From the IMG/VR virus record IMGVR_UViG_3300032820_000001, positions 1-64,000 of that record: a DNA stretch of 64,000 nucleotides. One strand, 5' to 3'. Positions 43,926-52,811 of the stretch are shown here, one piece after another. Under the pieces are notes generated by a model that was not told where the DNA came from, did not search any database, and worked only from the letters and a program-made list of their open reading frames with translations. The position numbers were made by a program, and so were the translations under genes. Every line of letters starts with the position of its first letter. The stretch's first letter is position 1. This DNA is from a virus.

Positions 43926-44159
43926 CTATCCTAGCTTCCTTAAGTGATAGTGTGCAATACTGAGGCGTTGGCCGCCTACATAAATCATAGCGGAATCCCA
44001 CAACTTATCAGCGCCTAATACAATTCCGATTTCTCGATCTGGTTGGCGTGAGTAATCCAGAGGAGTAACTATCTCCACTAAATCTCCACGCTCAAGTGTC
44101 AGCCCCGACCAGTCGGTAAGATCTTTGAGCCATTCGCTTTTGAAATGTGACAACTCCAT
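43926..44159 (-). CDS. Small GDLV-family protein
   Basis: LERGDLVEI...IGIVLG. Confidence 0.6.
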   Translation of the reverse strand: MELSHFKSEWLKDLTDWSGLTLERGDLVEIVTPLDYSRQPDREIGIVLGADKLWDSAMIYVGGQRLSIAHYHLRKLG

Positions 44160-44988
44160 TCGCTGCTTCCTTGTGTTTCTCTACTTGGTCTTCTGAGCCA
44201 AGGTAGTTCTTATAATTTTCCCAAGTGTCAATCTGGTGATACCAAGGGACTGAAATTTGTTTCGGCTCATCCATTATAACAGATTTAAAAATCTCGTCAA
44301 GTCCTGTTTTGTATTTTCTTACTTCCCGCCGGGCATAGACAAACACATCGCGGTCGAAAGTGAAGGCGGTGTGCAACCCATCGGCCACTGACTTGTCGTC
44401 GTGGGTAATTATATAAGAGCTATCGGAGCGCAGCATGTGGCGCTTCGTTCGTAGAACATCCGCATCATAAATTCCGTAGGGGAAAGAAACAAAGTATTTA
44501 TCAGGGATCACCCACTTGGATACTCGGAAGGACATCCGAAAGGAGGTGATGGCTCCGACCAGTGCGCTCCAGCCCAAACTCTCTCTGCGCTCAAAGTCAA
44601 TTGGTTTGAGCTTCACATAGTAGATGGGGATGCGCCTAATGTGATCCTTCATCTTTGAGCGGGGGTTGCCAGCTATCCTGTCAATCTCAACGGGATCGAA
44701 GATCCAATCCCCCAAGCGATGGCGGATGAGCGGGGTGGTGCCTTCTTTGCATACAATCCAAATGGTGGAGACGCCAGCACAGGCACACTCGTACACCGCA
44801 TGCTCAACTGCTAGATAGTCCTGGCCGACAGGCATCAATGAATCGTGCCATGGCATGTTGAAGTCTAGCTTCGCGCCAGTGACAGGAACGACACCAGCAA
44901 GGTGAAAGTCGCCAACTGCATACTTTCCCTTCTTAGACTTCCGCTTGTCGCGAAGGATTCTGACTCCCTCTAATTTTTCCTCTTCCAT
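44092..44988 (-). CDS. Divergent sugar-phosphate nucleotidyltransferase-like (GT-A fold) protein
   Basis: HLAGVVPV...LMPVG...EHAVYEC..AG.STIWIV...FPYG; lacks the canonical GxGxR loop. Confidence 0.55.
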   Translation of the reverse strand: MEEEKLEGVRILRDKRKSKKGKYAVGDFHLAGVVPVTGAKLDFNMPWHDSLMPVGQDYLAVEHAVYECACAGVSTIWIVCKEGTTPLIRHRLGDWIFDPVEIDRIAGNPRSKMKDHIRRIPIYYVKLKPIDFERRESLGWSALVGAITSFRMSFRVSKWVIPDKYFVSFPYGIYDADVLRTKRHMLRSDSSYIITHDDKSVADGLHTAFTFDRDVFVYARREVRKYKTGLDEIFKSVIMDEPKQISVPWYHQIDTWENYKNYLGSEDQVEKHKEAANGVVTFQKRMAQRSYRLVGADT

Positions 44989-45785
44989 TTGGACTTCCTA
45001 AAAAATTGTTCTAGATATTTAGTATAACGCAATGGGTCATCATTGTCAAGATCATTTATGAATTTAATTGTATCTGTATCGTCATATTTGTTCTTGTGAA
45101 GAATGTGGGTTTCCCTGAGAATTGTTTCTATCTTCAGGGAAAGGTATGCTGGTTTGCCAGTGGTGGCTTGTGTACCATTCTTCGACCCTTTCATTCCTGC
45201 GTTCTTCATCATCTCCCTCGACTTCAGCAGAACATATGATTCCGAGTAATTGATATTTTTTAATTGGGGCGCCGTCATAATTGAGAGGGCACACGCATCT
45301 TTGCGAGTGTTCCGCTGGCCGGTGATGCGGAGGTTGGGGTAGAATAAAATCTTTTTCACGAAGTCGCTGTCCTCATCTTCAATGTAATCATACGGATGAT
45401 TCCCTCCACGATATACATTGATCCAATCCAACACCAAATATTCTTTCTTGGCCTCGTGGATCGGCGCGGGTAATCCCTCAACGCCCAGATCGTCGATGAG
45501 GTGCAGAGTATCATAAGAGAACGTCACCATCCTAGAATTTTTTGTGAAACACTTTATCTCTTGCGCCTCTTGGTCGACACGCATGGAGACAATTTTATCG
45601 GACATTGGGAGCTGGCCAGCGAGTGACAAGACAAACGACAAATGTTCCCACTTAGCGACGCAGTTAGAGCGAAAGAAGTGGGGTTGTTGGGGGATACATA
45701 GAACGGGATGCCCCGTAGCATACGCAAAAGAAAGGGCCTCTAACGAGCCCCCTACCACTATGTTTTTATATGTGAGGTTTTTCAA
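44970..45785 (-). CDS. Hypothetical protein with N-terminal Rossmann-like dinucleotide-binding motif
   Basis: IVVGGSLEALSFA. Confidence 0.5.
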   Translation of the reverse strand: MKNLTYKNIVVGGSLEALSFAYATGHPVLCIPQQPHFFRSNCVAKWEHLSFVLSLAGQLPMSDKIVSMRVDQEAQEIKCFTKNSRMVTFSYDTLHLIDDLGVEGLPAPIHEAKKEYLVLDWINVYRGGNHPYDYIEDEDSDFVKKILFYPNLRITGQRNTRKDACALSIMTAPQLKNINYSESYVLLKSREMMKNAGMKGSKNGTQATTGKPAYLSLKIETILRETHILHKNKYDDTDTIKFINDLDNDDPLRYTKYLEQFFRKSKWKRKN

Positions 45786-46078
45786 AACAAACTCATCTTT
45801 CTGAGGAGTGGATCGATTAGCTCAAACAAAATTCTCCAGAACCCAACAAAGAAATTTATGCCCACATCAATTAAAGACCCGAAGGAATCTATCACTCCGG
45901 TGAGTGCGTTATAAATTAGATCAGTGGTGTTGGGGTTGAACCCGATCATGCAGAGAAGTACAGCTGGAAAACATATGGTTGCCAGGAATAGAAAGACCCT
46001 CCAAAGGCGAAAGGCCAGTGAGGAAATATTTCTCGATGTTGAACCCATAGTCGGTCTAGCAAATCTCGCAAAACCCAA
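45782..46078 (-). CDS. Membrane protein (start uncertain)
   Basis: Two hydrophobic segments. Confidence 0.4.
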   Translation of the reverse strand: MGFARFARPTMGSTSRNISSLAFRLWRVFLFLATICFPAVLLCMIGFNPNTTDLIYNALTGVIDSFGSLIDVGINFFVGFWRILFELIDPLLRKMSLF

Positions 46079-46106
46079 TTCGTTTAGAACGAATTCTCCT
46101 ACGCTA

Positions 46107-46385
46107 TTAGAGTTTTACTTCACACAACACATAATTTGCTTGAAGTAAATAGTGAGTAACTCCGTCAAGAGAAACTTCCCTCACCATATTCGGCTCTGCA
46201 ATCACCAGGGAGCCTTCGGAGATCTCGCTTTTAACGGACTCATGAACACTCAAGACCCTGGCAATTACATAATCTTTCTTCTTCTGGTAGTCGATTGGCA
46301 GGAGAACGTGGGGCCTCGATTCGGGCTCCTCATTCTCCTCCACCAACTCTACCAGAAGATGTTTGTTCTTGGGGAAAATTTTCAT
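46107..46385 (-). CDS. groES: Co-chaperonin GroES-like protein
   Basis: MKIFPKNKHLLVE...VLLP...ARVLSV...V..G..V...V.LDG..HYLL...VL. Confidence 0.72.
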   Translation of the reverse strand: MKIFPKNKHLLVELVEENEEPESRPHVLLPIDYQKKKDYVIARVLSVHESVKSEISEGSLVIAEPNMVREVSLDGVTHYLLQANYVLCEVKL

Positions 46386-46675
46386 TAAACGCCCCGACCA
46401 ACAGTCTCGTAGAAGTCCATCAACTGATCTAAGTCCACATCGTCCTTGATCATCTTATAGGCTTTCATGGCCATCTTCACTTCTTCTTTACTGAGCCATC
46501 CGTTCTCAACGTAATTTTGCTTGAGAGCTTTCTTCTGCTCCTTGAAGGGCTCGATAGCTTCCTCGATGGTGGCCACCGACTTAATATAATCGACGATGCG
46601 ATCTTCCTTTTTAACTTCTGCTTCTTGGTTTGTATTATCAATAGCTAATTTCATTTCTTTCTCCTTTAGCCGCAC
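46385..46675 (-). CDS. Hypothetical protein
   Basis: 96 aa helical ORF. Confidence 0.6.
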   Translation of the reverse strand: MRLKEKEMKLAIDNTNQEAEVKKEDRIVDYIKSVATIEEAIEPFKEQKKALKQNYVENGWLSKEEVKMAMKAYKMIKDDVDLDQLMDFYETVGRGV

Positions 46676-49107
46676 TTAGCGAACCCACAATGGGTACAAG
46701 TGACACACCCGTCCTGATAGACCAGACCATCTGATCCGCAGCTTGGGCACATTTTATCTGTGGCTTTTTCGCCATCAGCAATGCATTTTTTCAACACCCT
46801 TGACACTACCTTGTTGAAGGATGTGAAGTCGGTATCTTGATCTTTCTGCATCTGCTCCACAACAAACTTCACGCTTGCACCGTGGCGCAGAGAGAGTGAG
46901 ATCATACGAGTCATAATCGCATTATTAGGATTATCAAACATACTCACGATATCGTTCACAACCATCTCGTCTTCCTCTGTTTCTCCCAAGACCAAATCAT
47001 AAATTGATCTGGTTGTCTTGCGAGGGTGTTTGGTTATTGTACCATAGTTATATTTTTTTGGCAAGGTAATTTTTGAGGAAAGACCTGCAAACAACTCATA
47101 AGGTTTTCCATCCAAAAGCCCCAAAAGAACAACCCAGCCCTCTCCCTGAATTGTGGGGCGGTGGATTTCACACTTCATAACTTCTGGTCGGCATGCGGCG
47201 TCTCTCTGCGGGAAGGAAGTATCCTCCTCTGATGCTGAGACCAGTACGCCAGTTCGTGAGCCATCAACGTAGACTGTAATTCCTTTGAGGCCGCGCTTCC
47301 AGCCCTCCTTGTATAGTTCACCCACCACTTTGGGCGGTGTTCCTTTTGGGAGGTTGATGGTTGAAGAGATGGCGTGGTCAATGTGCTTCTGGATGGTCTC
47401 TTGAATCTTAACTCGTCTCATCCAATCAATTTGATCTGACTCCACGAAGAAGGCTGGGAGCTTGCTGCCTCTCCCCTTACCGACAATACTCAAGTAGTCT
47501 TGAATGTTTTTATGAAACACCTTATATTCCTGCCATTTATCTCCCACATCGTCAACGAAATCTACTTTAGTTTTGGTGTCGTTGTGGCTAATCTTGCGGC
47601 GGCGTATATAAAAATTACGGAACACGGGCTCTAACCCAGAACTGGTCTGGCTCATAATGGAGACTGAGCCTGTGGGTGCATTCGTAAGGATGGAGATATT
47701 TCTCCTGCCATATTTTTTTATAAGCCTTCGAATGTTTTGGGGTAGCGATTTGATAAAGGCGTTGTTCTTCTCAGTTTCCCAATTAAAGTCAGGGAATGCG
47801 CCGCGCTCTTTTGCCAAGTTGCATGACTCGCGGTAAGCCTCAACCTTCAAAGTCTCATATATCTTGTCGATGATCTCAATGGCCTTGTCGCTATCATAAC
47901 GCAAGCGGAGGGAGGCAAGGGCATCTGCTAGGCCATGGGTTCCTAGTCCAGTTCGTCGCCCCCCTTCGGCTGCCTTACGGAGCTTCATCCACAATACCTG
48001 CTCATCGGAAGTATCGCACGACTCCATAATTGCCATAATCTTTTCTATCTCCAACTCCACCAGATCATCGGAGAGCCGCATGGCAGTCCGTACCGTGTTC
48101 CCAAAGTCATCGAAGTCAAAAGATGCTTGTTTCGTGAAGGGGTCACTCACAAAGTTTTTAAGGTTCACTGAAATCAGACGGCAGCTATCATAAGCGGAGA
48201 GGGGAATCTCAGCGCAAGGGTTGGTGCAGATGGTTTTGTAGGCATCATATTCGTGAGCTGGTAGGTTCTTCGTGATGTTATCCCACATCAAGATGCCGGG
48301 TTCTGCGGTAGCGGTGGCCGACTCTACAATTTTATCCCACAACTCTTTCGCCTTAATCTCTTTTGTTATTTTGGGAGCAAGAGAGCCCACAGGAAATTGT
48401 AACATAAAGGTCTCATCGTTTTCGACGGCCTCCATAAAGCTATCGCTTATCTTGACCGATACATTTGCGCCCGTTACCTTGGTTAAGTCGCGCTTCATTG
48501 TAACAAAGCTTTCGATGTCAGGGTGGCGAATGTCCATCGTGATCATCAACGCGCCACGTCTACCGTTCTGGCCGACCATACGGCACACATAAGAATAGAA
48601 GTCAGCAAAAGACCAAGCACCTGTGGTGGTTCCTGCACTGTTGCTAACAGGGGCGCCTTCGGGTCGGAGTTCTGATATGTCTAGGCCGACGCCACAACGA
48701 CGCTTAAAGAGGTTGGCAAGATCTTTGCCTGAGTCAATGATGGATGAGATGTTATCTAATGGCGAGTCCACCACCACGCAATTTGAAAGGGAGGCATTTA
48801 CAAAATTGTTGCCGATTCCGTACATGGGTGATCCCTGGGGGACGATCTTCTTGAAACCCTTGAGGTGATCGAAGATTTGTTTCTCTGAGAGTTTCTTCTT
48901 TCCGAACTTTTCTTCTATCCGAGCGAACTCTTTGGTGAGCCTAAGATGCATATCATTCGGATTCTTCTCATGAAATTCGCCCTCCTTGTCTCGAAGAGCG
49001 TACTTTGTAATAAATACATTGGTCGCTAGATCATCACCTTCAAAATATTCTTTTGTCTCTCTCGTCACGGTATCAACTTTTGGCATATCGGTTCCTCCCT
49101 TTCCCAT
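46666..49107 (-). CDS. nrdJ: Ribonucleotide reductase, class II (B12-dependent)
   Basis: PQGSP, SNCVV, RRGALM, TNPCAEI, RRTGLG, APTGS, GLKGITVY.DGSR, C-terminal CxxC/CxxC; no R2 gene adjacent. Confidence 0.9.
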   Translation of the reverse strand: MGKGGTDMPKVDTVTRETKEYFEGDDLATNVFITKYALRDKEGEFHEKNPNDMHLRLTKEFARIEEKFGKKKLSEKQIFDHLKGFKKIVPQGSPMYGIGNNFVNASLSNCVVVDSPLDNISSIIDSGKDLANLFKRRCGVGLDISELRPEGAPVSNSAGTTTGAWSFADFYSYVCRMVGQNGRRGALMITMDIRHPDIESFVTMKRDLTKVTGANVSVKISDSFMEAVENDETFMLQFPVGSLAPKITKEIKAKELWDKIVESATATAEPGILMWDNITKNLPAHEYDAYKTICTNPCAEIPLSAYDSCRLISVNLKNFVSDPFTKQASFDFDDFGNTVRTAMRLSDDLVELEIEKIMAIMESCDTSDEQVLWMKLRKAAEGGRRTGLGTHGLADALASLRLRYDSDKAIEIIDKIYETLKVEAYRESCNLAKERGAFPDFNWETEKNNAFIKSLPQNIRRLIKKYGRRNISILTNAPTGSVSIMSQTSSGLEPVFRNFYIRRRKISHNDTKTKVDFVDDVGDKWQEYKVFHKNIQDYLSIVGKGRGSKLPAFFVESDQIDWMRRVKIQETIQKHIDHAISSTINLPKGTPPKVVGELYKEGWKRGLKGITVYVDGSRTGVLVSASEEDTSFPQRDAACRPEVMKCEIHRPTIQGEGWVVLLGLLDGKPYELFAGLSSKITLPKKYNYGTITKHPRKTTRSIYDLVLGETEEDEMVVNDIVSMFDNPNNAIMTRMISLSLRHGASVKFVVEQMQKDQDTDFTSFNKVVSRVLKKCIADGEKATDKMCPSCGSDGLVYQDGCVTCTHCGFAKCG

Positions 49108-49108
49108 C

Positions 49109-50485
49109 TTACACCCGTTTTTTGTCTTCTTTAAATTCTTTATACTTTTCTTGCAGTTTTTCTTTTTGTTCCTTCGCCGTCACCAGTGCAATGGACGACG
49201 GTGTGTCGCCCTGATATGGCAGAACCTTCAAGTCTATATTCTTTGTATTCATGTGCATCGGGTAAACCAGTCCGTCTGGGCCGTTGCGGTTCTTGGCCAC
49301 GAACATGCGAGCTGTGTTCGACACCTTGTCATCGATGGTTCGAGAGATGGAGCAGATAAAATCTGCAACGAAACATTTATTGAAAGCTTCGCTGATCGAC
49401 TCCATGGTAATCACTTCGGCGTTGAGGCCCGAACGGTTGGTTTGGGAGGCTGTCCACAAGGGGCATTCATACTCCTGGGCAATTCCTCTCAGTTCCTCGT
49501 AGATCGATTCCAACTCATTTCTCTTTTCTTTCTGGGCAGCTACAGGTCTGAGGAGGTCTCCATAGTCCATGATGATCATATCAATTGGAACCTCCCGCTT
49601 TCGCAATTTTTCGAGATGGGCTCTCAAGGTCTGTGTCGATGCCGACTTTGTTGGGTACTCTTTAATTATAAGTCCGCCGGACATATCTTTAATCTTTTCG
49701 TAAATTTCGTCTTTGAGACCATGCAGTGCGTTAAGGCCGAAGCCTGTGATACACGCATCATATCGATTGCCGATGACCGTATCCTGCAGTTCTAGCGTGT
49801 AGTGGATGACGTTGCGGCCCTGTTTGATGGCTTGCGCTCCGAGGTGAACGAGGGCCATGGATTTCCCGGCGCCTGTCGGTGCTACAACAACGCCAAGTTC
49901 GCCCTTCCCCAAGCCGCCATGGATGATGTTATCAATTTCCTTCCACCCAGTGGTAACGGGGTTCCGAGCTTTTAATTCAAAACGCTTCTCGAAATCTAAA
50001 ATGTAATCGTAACCAAAGTCAGTGTCGGTTCCAAGCTTCAAGGCGTCGTCAAGGGTGCTTTTGATCTTCTCAAAAGAATTATCTTTCAGTAACTCAACAC
50101 TCTTAAGCATCGCCTCTTTCAGCTTTTGCTTCTTGCAGAACTCCAGAGCATGTTCTTTGACATATGCTGCATCCTTCACATCCTCTTCGTTGGTTCGAAC
50201 TCTGGCGAAGAAATCTCTGACTTGTTTCTTTACAAGTTCGTTCTCATCTTCCAGTTCAGTTCGGAGGATGGTCTCTACAATAGATTTGGTTGGGTGCGTT
50301 CCGTACTTGGTTTTGTAGGTAAAAATTTTCTCATTAAAAATTTGGAGGTACTTGGTTTCAAAAAACCCTATATCCATCACTTCGCTGATCTGATCAGAAA
50401 ACTGGCGGTCTTCCAAAACAAGCCTTGTAAGCTTTTCCTGAAAGGACTTGCCATAGTGGGCAAAACTTGCTACTTCCTTTTGCAT
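49109..50485 (-). CDS. dnaB: Replicative DNA helicase (DnaB/T4 gp41-like)
   Basis: VVAPTGAGKS, TLEL, IMDYGDLL, WTASQTNR, VAKNRNGPDG. Confidence 0.92.
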   Translation of the reverse strand: MQKEVASFAHYGKSFQEKLTRLVLEDRQFSDQISEVMDIGFFETKYLQIFNEKIFTYKTKYGTHPTKSIVETILRTELEDENELVKKQVRDFFARVRTNEEDVKDAAYVKEHALEFCKKQKLKEAMLKSVELLKDNSFEKIKSTLDDALKLGTDTDFGYDYILDFEKRFELKARNPVTTGWKEIDNIIHGGLGKGELGVVVAPTGAGKSMALVHLGAQAIKQGRNVIHYTLELQDTVIGNRYDACITGFGLNALHGLKDEIYEKIKDMSGGLIIKEYPTKSASTQTLRAHLEKLRKREVPIDMIIMDYGDLLRPVAAQKEKRNELESIYEELRGIAQEYECPLWTASQTNRSGLNAEVITMESISEAFNKCFVADFICSISRTIDDKVSNTARMFVAKNRNGPDGLVYPMHMNTKNIDLKVLPYQGDTPSSIALVTAKEQKEKLQEKYKEFKEDKKRV

Positions 50486-51469
50486 TTAACCCTCTACTGA
50501 GTATCGTTTCATGAGTGAATAAAGTGTATCCCAATTACCTGCGCCGAAGCCGTCCTTGATCATCATCGTCACAACCTCAGTCTTATTAAAAGACATATCC
50601 ATCTCCTCAATGGCGCTGCGGATATACGCAAGGCTCTGGAAGGGGATGTTGGGTGAAGATAATTGCATCATATTATAATTCGTCAGGACTAGATCTTTGC
50701 TCTCTAATATCTTATCATATATTTTTGGCTTGCCAAGGTTTTTCTCACATTCCTCGAAAACATCTTGGAGCATGTACTCTTTGTTCTCCTTCAGGAAAGG
50801 GAACCGCTTGGCCACAGTCTTGAGGCCGACGCCTTCCACCCCTTTCAGGTTGTCGGACTTATCTCCCTCAAGAGCACGAGCAATGACGAAATTTATTGGG
50901 TGAATATTGTAGGTCTCAAGGAGATCTTTTTCTCGAACGACCTCTTTCTTTCCTTTTTCCCTCGGACGCCAGATGACAGTCTTATTGGTATCGCCATCGG
51001 CACCAACGCATTGGTAAAAATCTTTGTCGCTAGAAAGGATGATCTTCAGCCAATCATCAAAGTTCCCCATCTGATTTACATAGGAGATGATGTCGTCTGC
51101 CTCACACCCATCAACTCGGATCTGATGGATAGGCATTGAATTTATATAGTCGATGGTTCGTTCATATTGCCAAGAACGGTTCGCCATCTCTTGTTCTTCG
51201 GTGAGAAGATCGCGGACCATTCGATTAAGCCGCACTGGTTTGCGGCCTGCTTTATACTCTTTGACAATTTTTCTTTTGCGGATGCTGCCACCTTCGCCAT
51301 CCCAGATAACAACAATCTTGTCGGGCTTGACTTCCCTCGCAACTTTCTGTAAAGACGCTAGGAAACCTTTGCAGCCACCAATGGGATCACCGTTGGTGGA
51401 GATGCTAGGGTTAGCATTATAATTCCTCATGTAGATGTTTAAACCATCTACAATCAATAATCTTTTCAT
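50486..51469 (-). CDS. 5'-3' exonuclease / flap endonuclease (Pol I N-terminal, T4 RNase H-like)
   Basis: LIVDGLN, WDG, YKAGR, EADDII, SSDKDFYQ, GDKSDNLKGVEGVG.KT. Confidence 0.92.
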   Translation of the reverse strand: MKRLLIVDGLNIYMRNYNANPSISTNGDPIGGCKGFLASLQKVAREVKPDKIVVIWDGEGGSIRKRKIVKEYKAGRKPVRLNRMVRDLLTEEQEMANRSWQYERTIDYINSMPIHQIRVDGCEADDIISYVNQMGNFDDWLKIILSSDKDFYQCVGADGDTNKTVIWRPREKGKKEVVREKDLLETYNIHPINFVIARALEGDKSDNLKGVEGVGLKTVAKRFPFLKENKEYMLQDVFEECEKNLGKPKIYDKILESKDLVLTNYNMMQLSSPNIPFQSLAYIRSAIEEMDMSFNKTEVVTMMIKDGFGAGNWDTLYSLMKRYSVEG

Positions 51470-51480
51470 GTGGACCTCCT

Positions 51481-52617
51481 CTACTGTGCTTCGTCAGCAT
51501 CGAGGTCATAAAAATCAGAGGCAGTCCCGTCGCGGTTGGCGAACTTCAAGACAACTTCTTTTTCGAAGATGTCCATAGCGGTGGCGCGGAAGGTCTCATC
51601 CTGCATTTTATCGAGCCACATCTTTGACTGAAACTTTTCTTCTTTGCCATCTGAGTGGACAAGAGTGTACCACGCACCTGCGTTCTTAACTCGATCCGAT
51701 CCTTTGATGGCCTCGAAAATTCCTTCGTCATTCTGAATTCTTACTTCGTCTCCCCACAAAATCTTGAAGAAGCACTCACGGCCGTCAGAGCCAAAGCGAG
51801 ACTTTTTAATCTTTGCCTTTACTTCGGAGCCGATGCGAAAGCCATTCTCATCTAGAATATAAGATGCCTTGGACTTGCGGCCTGTGAGGTAGATACGCAG
51901 GGATGCTGCGTATTGCATGCTCTTTCCTCCGGGGGTGACAAACGGATCAATCATCGCTGAGACATGATCTCCGGGGCGGGGGATGTTTGTTTTTAATTGG
52001 TTCAACACCAGGAAGGTGCTGTTGGTCTCATTCAATGGGATGGTAAGCTTCTGCATCGCTTTGGAGAGGATACGAGCTTTAAGTGCCATTGTCTCTTGCG
52101 GATTGAACGTGCCTGAATTATCAGATTCCGTCGGCGTGTTTGCAAGACTATCCCATATAAATAAGACGTTTTCGTTTCCTTCGGTGAGGACTGTCTCGAT
52201 GGTCTCAAGCATGTTCTCGACGGAAGTAGGCGTAACTCTTAGGAAATTCTCTTCATCTACTCCCGCTTTTCTTAGGAACTCAAAGTCCATGGCAGCTTCC
52301 GAATCGAAGTAGATAACGCTGATTCCTTTAGTTGTGGCGTTGGCTGCAACCTGTGCAGCCATGTAAGACTTGCCGGATGCTTCAAGCCCAGCAATTTCTG
52401 TAATTCTGCCAACGGGAATGCCAGCCACTTTGCCTCGGCAAATGATGCCGTCCAGCCATGTGCAGCCCGTTGGGATCCAATCTGACACTTCGGAAGGGTT
52501 GGTGTCCGTCATCGTGTGGGCAACAGTCATACCCATCCTCTTGTTAAGAACCGTTGCGATTCCTTTGACGCCAAGTTTCCCCGGCTTTGATTTGATGTGT
52601 TTTAAATTTGTTGCCAC
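51481..52617 (-). CDS. recA: RecA/UvsX recombinase
   Basis: GRITEIAGLEASGKS, FDSE, WDSLA, LNQL, TPGGKSMQYAAS, IKKSRF, AGAWY. Confidence 0.93.
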   Translation of the reverse strand: MATNLKHIKSKPGKLGVKGIATVLNKRMGMTVAHTMTDTNPSEVSDWIPTGCTWLDGIICRGKVAGIPVGRITEIAGLEASGKSYMAAQVAANATTKGISVIYFDSEAAMDFEFLRKAGVDEENFLRVTPTSVENMLETIETVLTEGNENVLFIWDSLANTPTESDNSGTFNPQETMALKARILSKAMQKLTIPLNETNSTFLVLNQLKTNIPRPGDHVSAMIDPFVTPGGKSMQYAASLRIYLTGRKSKASYILDENGFRIGSEVKAKIKKSRFGSDGRECFFKILWGDEVRIQNDEGIFEAIKGSDRVKNAGAWYTLVHSDGKEEKFQSKMWLDKMQDETFRATAMDIFEKEVVLKFANRDGTASDFYDLDADEAQ

Positions 52618-52640
52618 TGATTTACCTCATGTTTGAAAGA

Positions 52641-52716
<76 letters not shown>

Positions 52717-52803
52717 AAAAAAGGTGGGCAGTTCCCTTTGCCGACTTGCTGCCCGTCAAGTGCGTGAGGAATATGTACACGCGCCCGGTTGAGGCAAAGG
52801 GAA
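52717..52803 (-). ncRNA. Candidate structured RNA (3-way junction + pseudoknot, or terminator/antiterminator)
   Basis: Four perfect helices: 52732-42/52793-803 (11 bp), 52762-66/52778-82, 52744-48/52757-61, and loop 52749-54 with flank 52726-31; T6 tract follows on the minus strand. Confidence 0.55.
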
Positions 52804-52811
52804 GAAATTAA

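Noticed and set aside
20432-49795. Long plus-strand ORFs (e.g. 20432..21007, 29865..30554, 48986..49795)
   Set aside because: They are antisense shadows of well-supported minus-strand genes, with no motifs or RBS.
40458-52617. Inteins or group I introns in dnaE, nrdJ, dnaB or recA
   Set aside because: The proteins are of ordinary length with contiguous catalytic motifs; no C/S...HN intein ends or LAGLIDADG/HNH inserts are seen.
52717-52803. T4 gene-32-type autoregulatory pseudoknot, or a second tRNA
   Set aside because: The T4 element lies in the 5' leader whereas this one is 3' of the SSB gene. It lacks a D arm, TTC loop and CCA, so it is not a tRNA.
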